Translations under genes and position numbers: made by a program | Shown: positions 9,351 to 18,725 of the stretch, one piece after another | Numbering within the stretch: position 1 is the first letter of the stretch | How the letters are laid out: each line of letters begins with the position of its first letter | Assembly (NCBI GenBank): GCA_050331735.1 | Contig: JBHJGN010000081.1 | Span: forward strand, 1-30,995 | DNA from: Cyanophyceae cyanobacterium | GTDB lineage: Bacteria; Cyanobacteriota; Cyanobacteriia; Cyanobacteriales; JBHJGN01 | Direction of reading: 5' to 3' | DNA: 30,995 nt | Notes under the pieces: generated by a model | Databases searched by the model: none | The model's input: only the letters and a program-made list of their open reading frames with translations | What the model was told of the DNA's origin: nothing

Positions 9351-10170
9351 TACTCTTATCCTCGTTCAATATTGTTTGAGCGGAAGAGTTTGAAGATTTG
9401 CTCCTACATAGAAAAGCCCAAACTGCCTCATCAATTTCAGCATTCTCGAAGATTGAAGGTTCCCATTGCAGCCACCCCAATCCGGTAGATTTGCTACCCC
9501 CCAAAGCGTGGATATGTTTGAGTCCAGCTAAAATTAGCGCTTTGGCAAAATCAGGTTTGCCATCATCTTGCTCTTCAGTAAAATTGCACAAAGGAGGCGA
9601 AAGAAAAATCTCGCCTGCAAACCTTAGTGCAGCATTGGCTGGAGAAGTTTCTAGGAAGTAGAGCTTTTTTTCTTCAGCAGTGCGGCGGCGGCGGTTGATA
9701 GTTACACCGGGACGTAGCACTTCAGGAAGGGTATTAGGGTCTTCAGTGCAAATCAGGTCGGTAAACTGAATTCTGGACGGCAGGCTGGGATTGCCAAAAA
9801 TTTGGCAGATCAAGCAGTGATACAAAGGCAGGTTATCAGAACTGCGCTCGCCAATTGCATATTCGTCGCGCTGAAAATGTTCGGTTAATCCAACTCTATG
9901 GGGACACATAGTCTGGGCTACCGGAGATTTGCAGGTTGCCCATTCTAAGGCTCTCGTCAGTTTCTCGCATTCGTGACGCAATCTTCCTTTAATCTGTGAA
10001 GCTGGAATCGCTAAGCGTCCGTCAGCCGTTTTGAGAATTGGTTTATCAGCCTGTGAGCCAGACGACCCCCCGGCTCCTACACACAGCGCCGTATCGAGCG
10101 TGGCAACTAGTTGAATTTGGTTTGCCTGACGAGACTGTACTGACTGGTTTAAGTCTCTTAACTGAATCAT
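9337..10170 (-). CDS. csm3: Csm3-like Cas7 RAMP
   Basis: IPASQIKGRLR, C..C.IFG, RPGVTINR, LGGSKSTGLG. Confidence 0.85.
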   Translation of the reverse strand: MIQLRDLNQSVQSRQANQIQLVATLDTALCVGAGGSSGSQADKPILKTADGRLAIPASQIKGRLRHECEKLTRALEWATCKSPVAQTMCPHRVGLTEHFQRDEYAIGERSSDNLPLYHCLICQIFGNPSLPSRIQFTDLICTEDPNTLPEVLRPGVTINRRRRTAEEKKLYFLETSPANAALRFAGEIFLSPPLCNFTEEQDDGKPDFAKALILAGLKHIHALGGSKSTGLGWLQWEPSIFENAEIDEAVWAFLCRSKSSNSSAQTILNEDKSNETH

Positions 10171-12599
10171 GGCTCCTCCCGTTCTCTGGTACTCTTCGCC
10201 ACCGTGTTTTGCGAGGCATCTGCGCTCGCGCTCTCTGCTACGTCAATGAAGGGATATAAATCAACCATCTCTCGCCAGATAGTTTCATAGATCGTCTTGT
10301 CTTGGTTTTCTTTGCGAATAGCAGTTGACCAGGGAGCCAAATTGCCGTTGTTAGATTCTGCTTCACACCAGGCAGCTTCAAAATTTGTTTGCAGTAACTC
10401 CTGTTCTTTTTGACCAAGCCGAACGCGAAAATAGCGGTAGTTGAGAATAGCTGAACGCTTACCGCGTTTGAGCAGGCTACGAATTTGGTAGAGCTGAGAT
10501 CTGGGGAAACCAGATTTTTTAAGAGCTTCAACAGTCGCGATTAGTCCTTCGAGTTCGTAGAGAGTGTAGGGAGCGCCATAGAGCTTAAGTTCCTGCGGTC
10601 GCTGTGGAACCCGGACGGTTAGTCCTTCATTGCGGAAGGAAGAAATATCAGAGGAAATCATAGTGACGGCTTTGAGAACAAGAAAATCTACCGTGCCGCC
10701 GAAATAATCTTCGCTCCTTAAGTCTTTTGCTCGCTTTTTGGCTGATTTGAGCAATTGCGAAACGAGTTTATCTGCGTAGTAGATTGGGGTATTAGCCGCC
10801 GTAATTAAAACTCCGCTAGAGATGCTCAAGCAACAACCCGATTGTTTTCCAGAAGCTGGCAGATAGCGGTGATGAGCTTGCTCAGGAGCAACTTCAGCAG
10901 ACTGTTTAAGAGCGTATCGTTTCTGACTACCAGTTATTTTCTCCATCAAAATCGACTCAAATTTGAAACCAATTTTAAGAGCGACTTCCAGGGCTTTGTT
11001 CGCAGGTACAACCAGCAATACGTCGTCACCACCGATAGTAATAATTTCAAAAGGATGAATCCAGACGGGAGCTTTATTGGTACGGGACGATTTAGCATCC
11101 GGTTTGTAGTAATGAGGGGCGATGCTGTGGGCAAGAGCCCAATAGACCGACTGCTCAGTAGCCTCAAAAACATCCTGGCTGAACTCTTGATAGTGAGCGG
11201 GAGTTTTAATTTGATCGCGAATGTACTGCCCCATATTGTTGCCATCAGCGTAAATATAAGCCACAAAGCCATCGCTAGCATCTCCAATCTCGGTGAGCGA
11301 TCGCGCTTCTCGCTTGTCAGGAGCTTTAATTGTCCCATTGCCATCAACGAACAATTTATGTTCTTTGTCATAGTGCTCTACGAGTCCCTCATCGCAGAGA
11401 AATTGCTCGAACTTAGACACCCAGCTACGGAAGACCTTATCGTCGGTTGTGGGATTCCAAGATTTATTGAAGTTAGCGCTTTTGTACCATTGCTGTCGTT
11501 CTGATGCTTCTCGTTTTGCGATCTGGCCCACTCGTCGCTTTCGTGCTGTTGGCTCAGAGAGTTGTGGGGTATTGGGTAAGGTATCTGCATCCACTTTTAC
11601 TACTGCCGAACGGCGATCGCTATCATCCCGCATTAGGTAAGGATGGGTTTCAAACAGCGGTGGATAACGACGGCTAGGACGAGCTGACGAATCGTGACCG
11701 CTGCGGCGTTGGTTAAACTGACTTGCCAGCTTCCCGACAAGTTCGCTAAATCCCTTCCGCTGCTTGAAAGCTGCTTCAATCTTTTCAGCATCGTCATCCT
11801 CGCTAATTCCAAAATAAGCTTGAAAGACTGGATTGTTAGCGTACTCTTGAATCGTATCTAGCCAGATAGTTCTGCTAACTGAATCTTGTAATTTCCCCAA
11901 ATAAATTTCCAATGGGCAAAACAAATCTCTAACCGCGCAGGAATTTGCTGTCAAGGTTTCGCAAGTGTAGCGTTTCTCAATAGCATCAACTAGGTGATCA
12001 ACAAATGCGGCTGGACAAAATGCTAGAATGTTGCCTCCAGTGGAGTAGATAACTAGTTCTGGAATTAGGACATTAGAATTAGAGAAGTGCGAAAAATTGC
12101 TCTTAAGCCATTCGCGAACCTGATGGCAGTAGGCTGAAGCCTCTTGACACTGAGGAAAGCGGCCTGATGTATCGCCATGGAAGAACGCAGGAAGATCGAC
12201 AAGGTTGATTGCGTCAAGCAGAGCAGATGCACCGCGAATTTCTTGCAGATCGGCAGACTCAAACACGTAGCTTTTGATTTTAGTTGCACCGCCATAAACT
12301 AAACCAATCTTCGCCTCTTGTAGGTACGGGTAGTCTGCAACCAGTTTTTCAAGCTCTGCCTTGGTTTTAGGAGGATTAAAAGACTTATTGGAAAAGCTGA
12401 GCAACGTTTTTACCTGCGTCAAGACTTCCCGCAGTTCGAAGTCATCCGGCTCTCGATTGTTTAAAATCGCCTCCCGTAAACTTTGTAGCTTTCTAAAAGC
12501 GTCATTTAGTTCGGTGTTCCTTCCCCAGAGCAGGCACCAAGTGATCGCAATAGCTGTCTGCTTCTGAATTTTTGTCAAACTAGCTGCTGAAGAAAACAT
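10167..12599 (-). CDS. cas10: Cas10 with intact Palm2 GGDD motif and no recognisable HD nuclease domain
   Basis: KIKSYVFES..EIRGAS, YSTGGN, YIYADGNNMG, IITIGGDDVL, LLKSAK; only ~95 aa precede Palm1, with no HD motif. Confidence 0.93.
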   Translation of the reverse strand: MFSSAASLTKIQKQTAIAITWCLLWGRNTELNDAFRKLQSLREAILNNREPDDFELREVLTQVKTLLSFSNKSFNPPKTKAELEKLVADYPYLQEAKIGLVYGGATKIKSYVFESADLQEIRGASALLDAINLVDLPAFFHGDTSGRFPQCQEASAYCHQVREWLKSNFSHFSNSNVLIPELVIYSTGGNILAFCPAAFVDHLVDAIEKRYTCETLTANSCAVRDLFCPLEIYLGKLQDSVSRTIWLDTIQEYANNPVFQAYFGISEDDDAEKIEAAFKQRKGFSELVGKLASQFNQRRSGHDSSARPSRRYPPLFETHPYLMRDDSDRRSAVVKVDADTLPNTPQLSEPTARKRRVGQIAKREASERQQWYKSANFNKSWNPTTDDKVFRSWVSKFEQFLCDEGLVEHYDKEHKLFVDGNGTIKAPDKREARSLTEIGDASDGFVAYIYADGNNMGQYIRDQIKTPAHYQEFSQDVFEATEQSVYWALAHSIAPHYYKPDAKSSRTNKAPVWIHPFEIITIGGDDVLLVVPANKALEVALKIGFKFESILMEKITGSQKRYALKQSAEVAPEQAHHRYLPASGKQSGCCLSISSGVLITAANTPIYYADKLVSQLLKSAKKRAKDLRSEDYFGGTVDFLVLKAVTMISSDISSFRNEGLTVRVPQRPQELKLYGAPYTLYELEGLIATVEALKKSGFPRSQLYQIRSLLKRGKRSAILNYRYFRVRLGQKEQELLQTNFEAAWCEAESNNGNLAPWSTAIRKENQDKTIYETIWREMVDLYPFIDVAESASADASQNTVAKSTREREEP

Positions 12600-13945
12600 G
12601 TAGAAATAAACAGCAAACGTTGTAATACCATTTAGCTTGTAAAGTAGTCTATTGCCTCAGCTTAAGACTTTAATATTCCTCCTTTCCGATTAGAGACAGG
12701 AAAAATCTTAATTTTTAAACTGGCTTTCTCTTAAATCAATAGGCAACTCTTATTTAACAGTACTGTTTTTGCAAAACTCAAAAAATTTATTTTTTCTTAA
12801 CAAGAAAGTCAAGTCATGACTTTTTCTACACTTTGTTAATTTCAAAGAATGCTTTTGATATCGCCTAATGTCTAAAAACCTGTTTTTAGAGTTTTTTGAG
12901 GCTAAAACTTTATTTCAAAAATGTTTTTTGTGGGCAAAAAATATAAGAATATTGGCATTGGTTCTCTTTTGACTAGTTGCAGTGACAATTTGATAGTCAA
13001 AGTTAAAGTCATGGCAACCAGTTAACCAAGTCTCAATTTTTCACTCATTCAACAAGCTCCGTTTTTCTGCAAGGCTGACAGGTTCTTAATTTTCTGTAAC
13101 AATCAGGCTTAACCAATTGTTCTAGTTGCTAAACTTAATTGCTGCTGTTTCCCTTTCCGTACATTGTTTGTCAGCCGCGCTAAAAAATTTTCGGTCATCG
13201 AATTGTCAGCGCTCAAATATAGGAAGTTTTTACTGTCGCCTGAATAAGCATAGCTTTGGCTCTCTCGTACAGAACTCGTCCCTGCTTTGCTCGCACTATC
13301 GAAGAACCGGCCAGTACTCCAGCCATAATCTTTGATTTGGCTGGCGGTGTAGGACGCGCGACCGACAGGGAGCATACCTACAACTGATGTGATACCACGT
13401 AGGCATGCTAAATATGACATGGGAATTTAAGCTAGAACCGACCGCTGAGCAAGCATTGGAGATTGAGCGCACATTGACGGTGTGTCGCAAGGTCTGGAAT
13501 TTTGCCTTGCGCGAGCGGAAGGATTGGCTTAATTCTCGCAAGTGCCTGATAAACGCCTGTTCATTACATTCTGAGTACATCTTGTCTGCTGATGAGCCAT
13601 TCCCCGGCTATCACCGGCAGGCTAAAGCGTTGACAGTTGCCAAAAGGGAAATTCCTGAATTGAAGTCTGTTAACGCGCAGATGTTACAACAGGTGCTTAG
13701 AAAGCTTGATATTGCTTGGGAAGGGTGGCGCTTAAAGCGATCGGGACTACCTAGGTTTAAGAATTAAGCCAGGATGCGTAGCTTTGTATTTCCTCAGATG
13801 CTGAAGAACTGCATTTCTGAGGAAGGGATCAAGCTTCCTCAACTTGGCTGGTTAAAGGTTCGCTGGTCTCGCGAGATTCCAGACATTTTCAAAGTCAAGC
13901 AAGCTCGCATTGTTCGCTCAGCATCTGGCTACTTTGTCATGCTTA

Positions 13946-15151
13946 TACCATTTCTGAGAAAGGTTGCACTGGTTAGAGGTGCTGCGTAGCAGCCAAAAGA
14001 TAAGACCATCCAGCTAGAGAGCGAAGCCCTGTTTCCGTTAAAGAGTTCACAACTTGAAAAACACGTTGTCGCAGAGCTGGTAAAGAGGAAAAATTTTGGT
14101 CTTTGAACAACTTTTTGAGGACTTGCCAAACGCGCTCAATCGGGTTGAGTTCGGGAGAGTGAGAAGGTTGGAAAATCGGCACAACGTTGTCTGGCCAGGT
14201 AAAGGTCGTAGCAATATGGGCACTAGCTTGGTCAGGGACTGAGCCGGAATCGATTCCGGCTCACAAGCCCTGACCTGCCTTCCGCAGGTCAAGGTGGAGT
14301 AGATTGAGGGGATCTGGAAACGCGGCTCCAAACAGCTCCACAAAACGCCCGAAGCAAGCCGCATCCAGGTGGGAAAAGCTATCGAAAAAATGCTCTCCCG
14401 TCGCCGGTTCCACCGCCCCATACACCCAAAAATTGTCTCGCTGCCACTGTACAGGCATTGTTGGTTTGACTCCTTTGAGCGTAATCCGTCGTCAAGCGCA
14501 AAGTCTTCAGTCCAAAACGGCTTTCGTCTTGGCAGAAGTAACGCACTCGACGACCGGCTCCAAAATGCTCGACCATCACCGCAATCACGTCTGGCAGTTT
14601 TTTTTAAACTGGTCTTGCACCTTTGGGTTTGCCTCACTGCTGCGCGGTCGAGACGCTTTGAGTTTGGCTTTCAGTCGGTATCGCACTGTCGCGTGTACTG
14701 TTGAATAGGCCGTCTCTAGTTGATGCTCTTCGGCTAGCCACTCTTGAATTTCTTCGTAGCTGCCAAACCCGCTTCGCCTTTTGAGCTGCTTTTTGAGGTC
14801 TTTTAGGGCTTCTCCACTGATCTTCGCCGGACGACCTGGACTAGTTTTGACTGCTAGGAGTCCTTTTAGTCCTTGTTTTTGGTACTTTTTGAACCAGCGA
14901 TAGATGGTTGATTCGGCACAGCCTAACATCTCGGCTAGTTGCCTTCTACTCTCTACTTTTCCAGTTCTCTGTAGGTACAAGGCTCTCAAGCGGTCCCGCT
15001 TTTTCGCCTGGTTTTGTGTCCTGATTAGTTCAATGAGTTCTTCTGCGCTTTCTTTGACCTCAACGTCATAAACACTTGCCATTCTTTCTCTCTTTGAGTT
15101 CCTCCTTGTCTTAGCTTACCTAACCTAGTGCTTTCTTTTCAAGAAATGGTA
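13946..15151 (-). mobile_element. IS630-family insertion sequence (defective)
   Basis: ~31-bp imperfect TIRs TACCATTTC..GGTTAG / CTAACC..GAAATGGTA, TTA on both flanks; HTH ORF 14585-15082, A8 slippery run at 14598-14605, DDE motifs QDESRFG, LHLD, SPELNPIERVW; extra frameshift near 14495 and an insertion at 14234-14290. Confidence 0.93.
14234..14290. repeat. 57-bp hairpin insertion (copy A) in the IS630 transposase
   Basis: Removal restores LHLD-QASAH; GGTC duplicated; contains perfect 24-bp palindrome TGAGCCGGAATCGATTCCGGCTCA and hairpin GACCTGC-CTTCC-GCAGGTC. Confidence 0.85.
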
Positions 15152-15223
15152 TTAGCTTAGAGGCTGATATCAGTATCCCTGACGTGCCGTATCACGGGCA
15201 TAGTATCGGGATTGATGTCGGAC

Positions 15224-15280
15224 CGCTCCTCGTGCCGGAACTCGGCTCCGGCACTCAGATGGGCGGTCGCCTTCCGCGAC
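15224..15280. repeat. 57-bp hairpin insertion (copy B) in tnpB
   Basis: Removal restores GIDVG-LKYFL; GAC duplicated; contains GTGCCGGA..TCCGGCAC and GTCGC-CTTCC-GCGAC. Confidence 0.85.
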
Positions 15281-16036
15281 TCAAATACTTTCTGTCTACT
15301 TCTATCGGCCTGCAAGTTAAGCGCCCTCGGTTTTTTGATGCTCTACACCGCAAGCTGAAATTGCTGCAACGTAGACTCAAGACCAAACAAAAGGGGAGCG
15401 CTAACCGAGTCAAGTTATTGAAGAAAATAGCCAGAGTGCATCAGCGGATTGCCGATACTCGTTCTGATTGGCATTTCAAACTGGCTCACCAGTTGTGTGA
15501 CAAAGCGGACACCATATTTGTCGAGGATCTGAATTTTCGGATTATGGCAAAAGGGTTTCTAGGCAAGCACACACTAGACGCTGGGCTGGGGCAGTTCTTA
15601 AATCAGGTTCTGCCGTGGGTGTGCTGGAAGCGAGATGTATTTTACGACAAAGTTGACCCTAGGCGTAGTTCTCAGGAATGCCCTGATTGCGGGGCTGAGG
15701 TACGCAAAGACCTTTCAGTCAGGATGCACCACTGCCTTGAGTGTGGGGCAGTTAAGCCGCGCGATATAGCAGCGGCACAAGTAATAAATAGCCGTGGGCA
15801 ACGGCAAATGGAAAATGCCTGTGGAGTCGAGGTGGCGGGGGTGTCGGCAACGGCATCTAGTCAACTGGCCCTGAAGCAGGAAATCTTTGGGGCGACCCAA
15901 AGAATCTCACTGCATACCGCTTAGCGGTTGCTGGGAGAGTATGTCAAATTTTGTAGATTTCGCTTCCGATGAAGAGTTTTTGTTCCCCTGCGGTGATTAT
16001 GTGTCTGAGCGGTGCTTGCCTGAGCAAATGCCCGTG

Positions 16037-16690
16037 TTAACCATCAGGAGTAGACCCTTCGACGATTAACGGTGGCTCAGTTAGGATTCCCACTAATACA
16101 CTCAGAAGTTCTTTAATGCCCTGAGGCTCTGTGTAAAAATTGATATCGCGCTCCAGTATTTTTGACTTGGGATTCAACCGGCCAAAGTGCCAAGTTTCCC
16201 CAGTGGTGACGGCTCCGTAGATAGAGATTTCTAGTTCTTCTCGCTGCTGAAAGGCTACCATTTCAGCGATTAACTGCTTGAAACCCTTTTCCGTGTCGGC
16301 TAGCTTGGCTTCGACGATTAAAATTTGGGAAGATTGGGAGCTAATGTAATAATCAACGGTTCCCTTAAGCTGGTCTGAAACAGATAGCCAATACTCGATA
16401 TTGATCTGTGGTTTAACAAGCTCGACTAAACGAAACATCAGTGGCGAGATCAGAACTTCGCGCCTAGCCGTTTCACTATCAAGATTGACGTAAGGAAGAA
16501 TATTATTAATCTGTTGCTCAATTTCAGCAGCTATTACTTCTATGCCGTTGTCATCAGAATACGGCAGCGTTAATCTCTTCCGATGCAGCGTGTAGCCGAA
16601 ATGCTCTGCAATTTCAGCGGCTGTTACTCGGAGTGAATAGTAGTCGCTGAAGGTTAGCGATGCTTTCTGGTCAATGACTGGTTTCGTCAC
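16037..16690 (-). CDS. Cyanobacterial PD-(D/E)xK-fold hypothetical protein (restriction-endonuclease-like)
   Basis: SETARRE.LI.P, GTVDY, IVEAK, QLIAEM, YGAVTTG..W.F motifs. Confidence 0.7.
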   Translation of the reverse strand: MTKPVIDQKASLTFSDYYSLRVTAAEIAEHFGYTLHRKRLTLPYSDDNGIEVIAAEIEQQINNILPYVNLDSETARREVLISPLMFRLVELVKPQINIEYWLSVSDQLKGTVDYYISSQSSQILIVEAKLADTEKGFKQLIAEMVAFQQREELEISIYGAVTTGETWHFGRLNPKSKILERDINFYTEPQGIKELLSVLVGILTEPPLIVEGSTPDG

Positions 16691-16968
16691 GATGTCGTGT
16701 CTGAATCTTCAACACAGCACCAATCTTAACTTAAACGCGATCGCCTTTTTAGCTCAAAATCTTCTGACATAGAAATTATTGAGATTTTTTAAATCAAAAA
16801 AAGCAGCTCGCGTGATGTTGGGCGATCGCTCTTTGGGTAGGCGATCGCTTTTTATCACGTCACCTTCAGGTGGTCACGCGCCCCAAGCGAAAAATTTGGA
16901 TATGGACCGCTGTTGACCACTTCAAGCGAGGGTTTCTGGCTTGGGTTGTCGGAACAGTGCCACTATCC

Positions 16969-17249
16969 TTGAATATTCACTTGCGGGGAAGAGATTAGCG
17001 CGGAATTTAGGCTTCCTCCGATTAGAACTGCCGCATTCTTTCACATTTCCATTCCTTTGCGGGGAATAGATTAGCGCGGGTCTCTCTACTCGAACGCATA
17101 TCTGTGAGTGCGGGCATATGTTTCCATCCCCTTGCGGGGAAGAGTTTAACGCGAGTGGAACTGCCCAAAACTCCAATCTTCAGGTAGCAACCGTCCTCAG
17201 CACGGCTCTAGGGAAGTTTCCATCCCCTTGCGGGGAAGAGTTTAACGCG
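16969..17249 (-). CRISPR. CRISPR array, 4 repeats (2 degenerate) and 3 spacers, type III-like repeat
   Basis: 34-nt core CGCGTTAAACTCTTCCCCGCAAGGGGATGGAAAC (minus strand) at 17120-17153 and 17216-17249; decayed copies at 17045-17078 and 16969-17002; spacers 42, 41, 62 nt. GAAAC 3' end and decay polarity imply the minus strand. Confidence 0.9.
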
Positions 17250-17273
17250 GGGCGGGTGAAGGAGCTCACGGTA

Positions 17274-17753
17274 GCGATCGCCTTTAATCGCGGCAGTTCC
17301 GATGCCCCCAATCCCAGGTTGGTCGCTGAACTCCGGATTCTCGAAAAAGTGGCGCGAAATATCGCTGTCGGCAGCAAAACAGTCGATCAGGTCGAATATA
17401 CTGCCGTTCTGATCCGAGGAATGCCGCTCTCTTTACAAAAGTTCGCCGTTTCCCGTTCAGATGTCTTATTCCTCCTGCCGCCAGTCTATCCGCGCCTTCC
17501 TCCCATCGGCTGCTATCTTAACTATCCCTGGAAATCTGCTGGTCAAGGCGACCATCACTTTACCCAGCAAGGGTACTACGGAGCGCCATTTCTCAGCGAG
17601 GAAGGATGGTACTGGTACTGCGTCGGACTCGGCGGCGGCTTCAACCGCGACAGATGGCTAAATTCCTGGAGACCGAGCACCAACCCCAAGCAAGGACACG
17701 ACCTAGCAACGCTGTTTGTCACCGCCCGCCACGCGATTAACTCCGAAGATTAA
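17274..17753 (+). pseudogene. Prokaryotic E2/UBC-like domain, apparently 5'-truncated
   Basis: LLPPVYPRLPP, GWYWYC, WRP..HDLAT pattern of prokaryotic E2 domains; the upstream part of the called ORF is CRISPR array. Confidence 0.65.
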
Positions 17754-17761
17754 CAACTTTT

Positions 17762-18124
17762 ATGAAATCAACCAATTTTATTCAGCAGAGGTCTCTCAAC
17801 CTGCCCCCTTTGACGTGGCATCGCTTTCGTAGCGCCCTGCTCTCGGCTAGACAAGAAAACGAAGAAGTCATCGGGTTCTTTTTCTGCAAGCGTCATCAGT
17901 TAAGCCACAACAAGATTCGATATATTCCCCAAGCATGGGTAGTCCCCACACCAGACTGCTACGAACAACAATCCACCAGCGGACTCGTTCTCAAACAGAG
18001 TTTCCACTGGTATCTGCTTAAAACTCATTTCTCCAGCCAGTGCGATATTGTCCACGTTCATACCCATGCTGGCACAGAGCCTCCCTTCTTCTCCGCCGTA
18101 GACGATCGCCATGAATCCGCGTAG
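17762..18124 (+). pseudogene. JAB/MPN metallopeptidase domain, apparently 3'-truncated
   Basis: EE..GFF, then HVHTH..FFSAVDD (HxH..S..D); the stop comes 5 codons after the motif. Confidence 0.7.
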
Positions 18125-18245
18125 AAATGTAGTGTCGTTTACCGCCATAACTAAACCTTAACTGTAAACGCTGGTTTGAGCTGATTATCGATACAGAACC
18201 TTTTGAGGCGCGTCCTGTCGGTGTTTTTTAGAACATTTGTATTAA

Positions 18246-18293
18246 TGGTGTAATGCTCCTCTAGCCTACACCATTTACACCATCTTTACACCA
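18246..18293. repeat. TACACCA repeats (3 direct, 1 inverted); possible integrase arm-type sites
   Basis: TGGTGTA at 18246; TACACCA at 18267, 18276, 18287; ~120 bp downstream of the tRNA 3' end. Confidence 0.5.
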
Positions 18294-18410
18294 GTTTTCT
18301 GTCTAAAGATGTCCAAAAATACCTGAAAAATTAGTGCTCTACAGAGAACCTAATTCTCTAGCGTAGCCGGGAAACTTTGAATGTTCGTCGGGTTCACTGA
18401 TTTTGCTAAA

Positions 18411-18483
<73 letters not shown>

Positions 18484-18560
18484 GCACTTTTTTAGTGCTT
18501 ATCCAAGCTAACAAAATTAGTAGTTCATCGCAAGCTTTTAGGAAAAATTTTTCGCTCAAC

Positions 18561-18606
18561 TGGCTTCATGGAGAACAACCCAATGGCTTCATGGAGAACA
18601 ACCCAA
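18561..18606. repeat. Perfect 23-bp tandem duplication
   Basis: TGGCTTCATGGAGAACAACCCAA x2, followed closely by a HIP1 site. Confidence 0.9.
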
Positions 18607-18725
18607 TAGCGATCGCCTCTAGGCTTCCCCACATTACAATCAATTAACCTTTTCCCCGCACTGCCTCTATCCTGCATTACTCTGACAAGAGATATCGAAA
18701 ACGGCATCATCTGAAAACCTTTGAC

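Larger units (their letters stand above)
13405..15924 (+). pseudogene. tnpB: tnpB (IS200/IS605, IS1341-type) inactivated by an in-frame stop, an IS630 insertion and a 57-bp insertion
   Basis: HTH start (WEFKLEPT..CRKVWN), GIDVG, VEDL, CPDC..CLEC, RDIAAA; TAA at 13765-13767; removing the IS630 restores YFVML-SLEADISIPDV. Confidence 0.92.
13300..15947 (+). mobile_element. IS200/IS605-family element carrying the tnpB
   Basis: Right end AATCTC..GGGAGAGTATGTCAA (to 15947); left-end hairpin CCAGCC..GGCTGG near 13319-13344. Left boundary approximate. Confidence 0.7.

Noticed and set aside
10631..10640. CCTTCCGC-like words in cas10 (also ~11752) as further 57-bp elements
   Set aside because: No flanking stems or duplication; ordinary coding sequence.
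10842..11504. 220-aa plus-strand ORF and similar shadow ORFs in the cas operon
   Set aside because: Antisense to well-supported cas genes; no motifs.
12623..12649. TAA-TACCATTTA..AAAGTAGTC resembling a MITE end upstream of cas10
   Set aside because: No partner end or internal MITE similarity found; may be chance.
12978..13000. GTGACAA..GTCA word and TGTAGTG at 18128 as Tn7/CAST ends
   Set aside because: No repeated TnsB-site array and no tns or cas12k genes in the window.
13109..13420. 103-aa minus-strand ORF
   Set aside because: Crosses the tnpB element left end and has no recognisable motif.
14047..14708. Overlapping ORFs within the IS630
   Set aside because: Alternate-frame or antisense readings of the broken transposase.
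15976..16009. GTTTTTGTTCCCCTGCGGTGA as an orphan CRISPR repeat
   Set aside because: Only loose similarity to the array repeat and a single copy.
17003..17215. Self-targeting of spacers within the window
   Set aside because: No match seen by eye; needs a BLAST search.
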